This document shows positions 47,410-53,612 of a stretch of DNA of 53,612 bases, one piece after another. The DNA is from Neophaeotheca triangularis (Eukaryota): the NCBI GenBank assembly GCA_054600435.1, contig BAAIJX010000092.1:1-53612 (forward strand), written 5' to 3'. A model generated the notes under the pieces. The model worked only from the letters and a program-made list of their open reading frames with translations, searched no databases and was not told the origin of the DNA. Position numbers and translations under genes: made by a program. Every line of letters begins with the position of its first letter. Within the stretch, counting starts at the first letter, position 1.

Positions 47410-48384
47410 ATGATCACAATACGCTCGTTCCCCGTCTTCGTGCTGCTCACTATCGCCTGTCTCTTGCTCTTCATCACACTCGCAGGCAGGGATTGGACCC
47501 CTAGCCTCCCGTCTTCGGGCTCTGCAACTACCCTCAAGCCGAGCGCAGACGTCGCACAACGCCGTGAGCACGCCGAGAAGCTATGGCTTCAATCCGTCAG
47601 CGACCGCAGCGTCATTCTCGAAAAGTTCAAGCCCAAAGCCTCCATTGCCGACCCTCTATACCCCTACAACCTCTGGGACTTTTTCCGCCCTACCTTTTTC
47701 TGCCCGCAAGACCTCGAGCGCGTCGGCAAACTCGCCGACGGCGGCAAATGGGTCTGCGGCATGTCCGGCTACGAGCGAGTCTCGCCGGGCCCTGCTAGCG
47801 GCACAAACCCCGTTCCCGACGTCATCATCTACTCTTTCGGCGTCAACGACGATTCCTCCTTCGAAGCGGCAATGCTGAGTCGCACCAACGCCGAGATCTG
47901 GGGCTACGACTTCTCAGTCGAAACCTGGGCGCACGAGATCACTCCGGGCGAGCCGCGTGCTCACTTCACCAAGTACGGCATCGGCAAGGTCTCCAAGCCC
48001 GAAACCGTACCCCCGACCGTCTCGATTCCCGATTTGATGAAGCAAAACGGCCATGACTACATTGATATCATGAAAATAGACATTGAGGGCGCGGAATTCG
48101 ATGCGTTGACTTCGCTGATGGATTACGCGGAACAGACGGGCTCGACACTGCCGGTGGGACAGCTGTTCATGGAGTTGCACATTATCGGAGACAGCCCGGG
48201 GAACTTCAAGACGATTCCGGACATCGATGGGTTTTTGAAGTGGTGGGGGCGATTGGAGAAGCTGGGCATGAGGCCGGTGTTTAATGAGCACAACTGGGTC
48301 GGTGATGAGGGCTTTTCCAGGCCGCAGTTTGTCGAGTACACGATGATCAACAACAAGGATCCGAGGAACAAAATTTTCAGTTAA
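47410..48384 (+). CDS. Secretory-pathway methyltransferase (Methyltransf_22 / METTL24 / FkbM-like)
   Basis: N-terminal signal anchor, WDFFRPTFFCP, RVGKLADGGKWVCG, IYSFGV..DSSFE, IDIMKIDIEGAEF, QLFMELH. Confidence 0.9.
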   Translation: MITIRSFPVFVLLTIACLLLFITLAGRDWTPSLPSSGSATTLKPSADVAQRREHAEKLWLQSVSDRSVILEKFKPKASIADPLYPYNLWDFFRPTFFCPQDLERVGKLADGGKWVCGMSGYERVSPGPASGTNPVPDVIIYSFGVNDDSSFEAAMLSRTNAEIWGYDFSVETWAHEITPGEPRAHFTKYGIGKVSKPETVPPTVSIPDLMKQNGHDYIDIMKIDIEGAEFDALTSLMDYAEQTGSTLPVGQLFMELHIIGDSPGNFKTIPDIDGFLKWWGRLEKLGMRPVFNEHNWVGDEGFSRPQFVEYTMINNKDPRNKIFS

Positions 48385-49416
48385 GAAGGCGAAGAGTCTG
48401 CTCTGTACTATTTATTACGATTCCTACACACGAGACTCATTAGGGTTGGCGAGATTGTTCGCGGGATACCTTTGACTACAGGCCCGCGGTTGGGCTGGGA
48501 GAGAAATCGGGATCTAGATCTGTATGCTAGCGTTCGTAGCGGTACCTGAGAGTGATAGAAATGGAAGCCTCGTCGTGTCTTCTTCTCCGGAGTATCGGAG
48601 AACCAGCATAAGAAGGCGGTTCTCGAGCGATTGCATGTGCGTGTCGCACTCGGGAATGAGGCGTGACTTCATCCTCTCCTGACGCGGTCAGTTAAAGAGA
48701 CCGTCGCGTCTGCCCTTGCAAGAAGATACTCGTCCATCCACGCAATCGATCTTATCGTACCTTGTCCACTTTTTCATCTGTTACTGCCGGTACGCTTCTG
48801 CCCGAGCACTTCCCGTTGTCGACGTTCTCGGCGCTAGCTGTCGCGACGCAAAGGTCACGAACACAAGGTTTGCCGCTACCTCCTAGCGGTGCCTGCGAGA
48901 ATAACAACACTGCTGTCGTTATGCGAAAGTAACAAGACATGTCATGTTGCCGGTCTGCCTCTTCAGCATACCTTTGCGCACTGCGCACTGCTATATCCAT
49001 GACCTAACGCCATGCGCGCCGTCCTGTAGCGCAATGGCGCTGCACGGTATGGGTATTGTACAGCAGCCACCGCGGTGCGTGCTTGTGTAAGAACATACTC
49101 TACGCCTAAGCAATCTGCCTCCGGCGAGCGAGCACGATACATATAGCTATGAGTAAATACAAGCACCGATTGCTTGGCTGAAGCTCGAAGGATTCGCTAC
49201 TCGAGCGAAGGATTCTGCAGTACGCCGTCCAGGCCGTCTAAGCGCCGGAGTCACACAGATGGGCTGTCTTCTCCCTCTTTTCTAGGCTGCGCGAGTTGCG
49301 AGACGACCTTCCCGGTCGACAGCCATTACCATTAGGCTCAGATTCCGAAACCGCTCCAACACTGCAATCCATTAAGAGCTCTAAAGCTGGCCGAGATCCT
49401 TGTCACTGGCGCAAAC

Positions 49417-51352
49417 ATGGCACTTCTAGTATCGTTGCTCACTTCAATTACGATTGGAACGGCGCAAATCAACCACAATGCTTCGCCGCTGCCAATTGAC
49501 TTTGACGTGGAATCGCCCATGGGCCCTGATGGTACGCGCTCGTCGATATTGCGCTGCGCTACAAAGCTGACCAACTTCTTCTCAGGACCATGGTGGACAA
49601 TCGAGCAAGCGACCAATTGGCCTCCTCAAAGGGTAGCCATGTACCCATCCCTCACGGAAACGAGTCTGGTGATTCACGAAGACGCATGCAGTTCACAAAA
49701 CGCTGCTTGCCCGCTACCGCAGCCGGGTCTGTGGTCTGAAACGGCCACATGGCGGTTCAATGGTGGACCGGATCTCGAAAGCGCCCCTGTGCAGAGAAGA
49801 GATGCCTCACCTTGGCGGGGAATGGCTACTGGAGAAGCAAGATACTTCTTTCACCGTCTAATGCTGCAGGAGGATGACGGCACAGAATTCTTCGTGGATA
49901 GAACGGGAATGTCAATCACGGAGGATTTCGCGGTTGCATATCCTGGTGGGGCTGAGTATACGATGGATGTTGGTTATGTGAGCCATCACCGTGAGCTGAG
50001 TGAATGGTCTTGTAGCTAACATATCCTTTACCCAGTTCTCTCTTTACGGTGGAGAAGACGAAATAACCTGGACGTCTGTTAACGGGACCAGTTTGACCCG
50101 CAATCTTACTATGGCCAACACTTACCGAAGGGGCTATATTCCATCCAGTTCCTACGGTCTACATGTGGGATCTGTGCAACATCAAATCAACGCTAGCCTT
50201 ATCCTCGGGGGTTACGATCGATCGCGCTGTCTCACGGAGCCCATCATCGCACAAAAAGATTCGTTCCATCTCCTAGACATCGCTTTGAACGTTTCTTCGG
50301 GAGGGTCAGCATACCCGGGTCTGGTTCATGGCTTTGCGGACAGTCTACTATTGCAAAATGGCTCCTCGCCGGATAGCTTGGCTGTCTTTCCGGCACCCGA
50401 ATCGCCGTACATTTACCTTCCAAAAGACACTTGCGATGCTATAGCCGAGCACCTTCCGGTCACCTATAACGAAGACTTCAATCTGTACTTCTGGAACACA
50501 AACACAGAAGCTTACGAAGCCATAATTCGTAGCCCGCACTACCTTTCATTCACCTTTTCCTCCGGTAATGGAGATACCAATGCCACTATCAAAATTCCTT
50601 TCGCCCTCCTTAACCTTACTCTCGACTCGCCTCTCGTCAGTACTCCTACCTTCTACTTCCCATGCAGCCCATGGGGCGATGACAGCAACGGATTTGACGA
50701 GGAGAGATACGGCGCACGACACGCTCTCGGACGTGCATTCTTACAAGCCGCTTTCCTAGCGACCAATTGGCATGCGGAGACCCACTTCCTGGCGCAAGCT
50801 CCAGGCCCCGATCTGCAGAGCGAGACCATCTTTGCTATTGAACGTGACCTTGAGCAGCTTGCGCCCGCCCCTACTCCCCGTAGTTGGGAATATAGTTGGG
50901 CTAGCACATTGCAGCCTTTGGACCGAGATATTGTCTCGGAGCAGGGTCCCGATCGAAATGAGGACTCGGGCTCGGACTCTGACGAGGACACTAACGAGGG
51001 GGGAAGCGGCCTTTCGACTGGCGCGATCGCGGGGGTAGCTGTCGGCGTTGTTGTGGGCGTTCTCGCTGTCGCTAGCCTTGTCCTCTTTTCCTATATTCGT
51101 CGCCGCCGCAGTCGACGGAGGGTAGGGGGCACCTACCCAGCTGGCTCGCAGCATCGCTCGCATGCCCCGCTTCCGCAGACGGATCCCAATGCGCCTTGTT
51201 ACGGGCAGATGGCGGGTGGGCAGCCGGTAGTAGAAAAGGCCCCGGATAATGTGTACTACGAGGCAGAGGCGCATAATACGCCACTAGAGATAGGTAACGG
51301 GGAGCGTGGTGAAGTGTCAGAATTGCCCGCGAATGCTTCGGAGCGGAAGTAG
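49417..51352 (+). CDS. Single-pass membrane pepsin-fold (aspartic peptidase A1-like) protein lacking DTG motifs, 3 exons
   Basis: Signal peptide, GPD|GPW, IPSSSYGLHVGS, SLILGGYDRSR, PYIYLP, LGRAFLQAAF, LAQAPGP, TM GAIAGVAVGVVVG followed by RRRRSRRR. Introns 49532-49585 and 49978-50035. Confidence 0.85.
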
Positions 51353-51365
51353 GACTGAAGACTCG

Positions 51366-51586
51366 TGTCACGACCGTAACGCTAGCGGGACAACGGCGGC
51401 CTAGTAGCGGAGAGCTCGGGAGTGCTAAGCATACATAGTATAAAAGTATATGAGATAGCTAATAGTAAAGCCTCCTATCTACTATCGAATAGTTTCTATA
51501 TTAAAGGACTATTACTATTATTACTATCGTTATGTTCTACCCTTACTATACTATAATCCTAACTAAGTTATAGTCTTAGTCTTATA
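51366..51586 (+). mobile_element. LTR-like repeat copy 1 (Ty3/Gypsy-type termini), partly RIP-mutated
   Basis: Begins TGTCACGA and ends GTCTTATA (GTCTTACA in copy 2). Internal TATAAAAG. Aligns end to end with the reverse complement of 51747-51969. Confidence 0.75.
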
Positions 51587-53490
51587 ATTCTATTTAATCT
51601 TAGAACCTATTTAGGTTAAGATTCGCTTAGACATTATAGTACTAGCCTACTCGCTACACCCTTAGTTTAATAATACTAACCTAGTAGACTCCCCTAACAC
51701 TATAACTAGAGTTAATACCCTATAAGAATAAGAAGAGATAGTAATATGTAAGACTAAGACTAGAACTTAGTTAGGATTACGGTATAGTAAGGGCGGAACG
51801 TAATAATAGTAATAATAGTAATAGTCCTTTAATATAGAAACTATTCGATAGTAGACAGGAGACTTTACTATTAGCTATCTTATATACTTTTATAGTATGT
51901 ATACTTAGTACTCCTAAGCTACTCTATAGCTTAAGCCGCTATTATCCTACTAGCGCTATTATTATAATAATTGCCTCCCTCTCTAGTAGCTCGTCCTTAA
52001 GCTAGTACTTATAAGTATCGCTATATATAACCCTAGTATAGCGTGTATATTAGTATCCTCGTTAAAAACCTTAGTAGTGTCTTTACTAAGGAAAAGAGTA
52101 ATACTACATACTACTATTATACCGTTAGGTCCCTAGAGTGAATTTATCGTAAACCTAGGTTCGCTATAGCGAGATATGTTATTATCGCGATAAGCGGTAT
52201 TAATAGCTATATAGCGGTAATCTAGTAGAGCGGTAATTACTAGTAGAGCCTTAGTATAATTATGCTATAATTATGTAGAGGTAACCTACTAGCTACTTCT
52301 CTTTCGAAGACTTCCTCCTTTTAACTATAATAATAATAATAGCCTCTACTCTATTATAGTCCCTTTAGTATACTAGTCTGCCTTTTAATAAGGTAACCTC
52401 CTTTATTAGTAAGTAAACTTTAGTTCTTTATTTATATACTACTATTAGGCCGTATATAGTTCCTATTGTTCTTTAATAATAAAACTAACCTTACCTAGTT
52501 TCCTATTATTACCTACTTCTAGTAACCTTTTGAAAACCTTACCTAGTATAGTCTAATAAAAAGGTACCCCTTATACCTCTAAATCCTTCTTTCTTTCTTT
52601 ATCGACTACTTTTTTTATAATCTTATTTTCGCCTTTTTCGCTAGCTTTATTTACTACCTTTATTACTCTACTACTATCCTATTATATCTCTATATATTAG
52701 TAAGTATATAAAGGCGCTAGTTAACTATAGTATTAGCGCTATAGCTATTAATAGTAAAGGTACCTTTACTATAGATAGGGCGATTATCGCTAAGAAGATC
52801 TTTATAGATAAGGGCTACTATTAGATCGATACTAGTAGCTTTATAGAGGAGGAGTTAAAGGATCTAGTTAACGAATTAAAGTCTACTAAGAAGGGTTTAA
52901 AGTTAGAGGGTATTAGTATAAAGCGCGCTATAGCTACTAAGGGTACGGGCTTAGAACATAAGTATACTATAGGTAATAATAGTAAGGAGAGTAGGTCTAA
53001 TAAGAGTATACCGGCATTCTATCGTTTCGCTAACCTTAATAAGGGTAAGGAGCTTAAGCCTCCTAATACTAATTACTCTTATTATTTACGCTACATTAAG
53101 GAGCTCTTAAGTAACATTCTCGCTAGGTCTATCGACTTCATCCTACTATATAAGATAGTGCCTTCTACGACTAGATTAGTATATAATAACTACTCTAACA
53201 TAAAGTAGTCGTATATCGAGGTAAGCCTACTATTACTCTATTATTATTACGAGTTTTCACTAATGTCTCTTTAGATTATTCCTAACCTCGCGAGCTAGTA
53301 TAGCTATTATATCTAGATAAACTATACCGCTATACTCTATCGCGCTAATCGCGCTAGTAGTAGCGCTACTAATTCGCCGATATACCTTAAGGTCTTAGAG
53401 GTTAACGCTAAGGTCTCCTAGTACTTCTATAAGAGTAATCACGCTATTATCCTAATAGGGGGCCTTTATCGTTCTAGTCCTAATAATGAT
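51400..53490. other. AT-rich RIP-mutated subtelomeric block
   Basis: Abrupt shift to AT-rich sequence with abundant TpA (TAG, TAA, TATA) and scarce CpA/TpG. Confidence 0.9.
51747..51969 (-). mobile_element. LTR-like repeat copy 2, inverted relative to copy 1, RIP-mutated
   Basis: Reverse complement begins TATTATAAT (TGTCACGAC with C>T/G>A changes) and ends GTCTTACA. It shares long identical tracts with copy 1, e.g. CTACTATCGAATAGTTTCTATATTAAAGGACTATTACTATTATTACTAT. Confidence 0.75.
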
Positions 53491-53495
53491 AAGGG
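52684..53495 (+). pseudogene. RIP-inactivated intron-containing gene, truncated by the telomere
   Basis: One frame of ~250 codons from ATA (ex-ATG) at 52684 has only five stops, all TAG (52822, 53206, 53296, 53314, 53419). Intact intron 53221-53274 (GTAAGC...CACTAAT...TAG) preserves the frame. Confidence 0.75.
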
Positions 53496-53612
53496 TAGGG
53501 TTAGGGTTAGGGTTAGGGTTAGGGTTAGGGTTAGGGTTAGGGTTAGGGTTAGGGTTAGGGTTAGGGTTAGGGTTAGGGTTAGGGTTAGGGTTAGGGTTAG
53601 GGTTAGGGTTAG
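53496..53612 (+). repeat. Telomere (TTAGGG)n, right chromosome end
   Basis: TAGGG at 53496, then 18 perfect TTAGGG units plus TTAG from 53501 to the end of the window. Confidence 0.99.

Noticed and set aside
48438..48450. TTAGGGTT (also at 33321) and CTAACCC at ~480 as a possible telomerase RNA template or interstitial telomere
   Set aside because: Only 7-8 nt matches, expected by chance. Two lie in 3' UTRs, and no pseudoknot or CR4/5 context is evident.
51970..52580. Possible second RIP-mutated ORF on the minus strand
   Set aside because: No single frame with a consistent RIP-only stop pattern could be followed.
1..53612. CRISPR arrays, tRNA/rRNA genes, intact transposases, secondary-metabolite backbone genes
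   Set aside because: None seen by eye. The DNA is eukaryotic, and small RNA genes would need an Infernal/tRNAscan search to exclude.

Overview
Right-hand chromosome end of a filamentous ascomycete. Short GT-AG introns with CTRAC branch sites, RIP-type mutation and TTAGGG telomeres support this; the gene set suggests a Dothideomycete, which is inference only. The first ~33 kb is gene-dense and mostly intact: acyl-CoA dehydrogenase, GPI-type protein, degenerate GT34, RMT2, SPRY protein, MBL-fold protein, HPM1, SDR, Baeyer-Villiger monooxygenase, two MFS transporters, an O-FucT-like protein, a PPPDE-like peptidase, an RTA1-like protein and a PET117/VMA10 head-to-head pair. Beyond VMA10 is an accessory subtelomeric zone. 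It mixes intact genes (ferric reductase, NuiA-like protein, MFSD5/MOT2-like transporter, Methyltransf_22 protein, membrane-anchored pepsin-fold protein lacking catalytic motifs) with pseudogenes (SRPK-like kinase, large secreted PKD-domain protein). The last 2.2 kb is AT/TpA-rich and RIP-mutated. It holds two ~220 bp LTR-like copies in inverted orientation, the first starting 14 bp after the last intact gene's stop codon. It also holds a RIP-destroyed intron-containing gene whose reading frame runs directly into the (TTAGGG)n telomere, consistent with chromosome breakage and de novo telomere healing. Exon boundaries were worked out by hand and family calls come from recalled motifs; no database searches were run.
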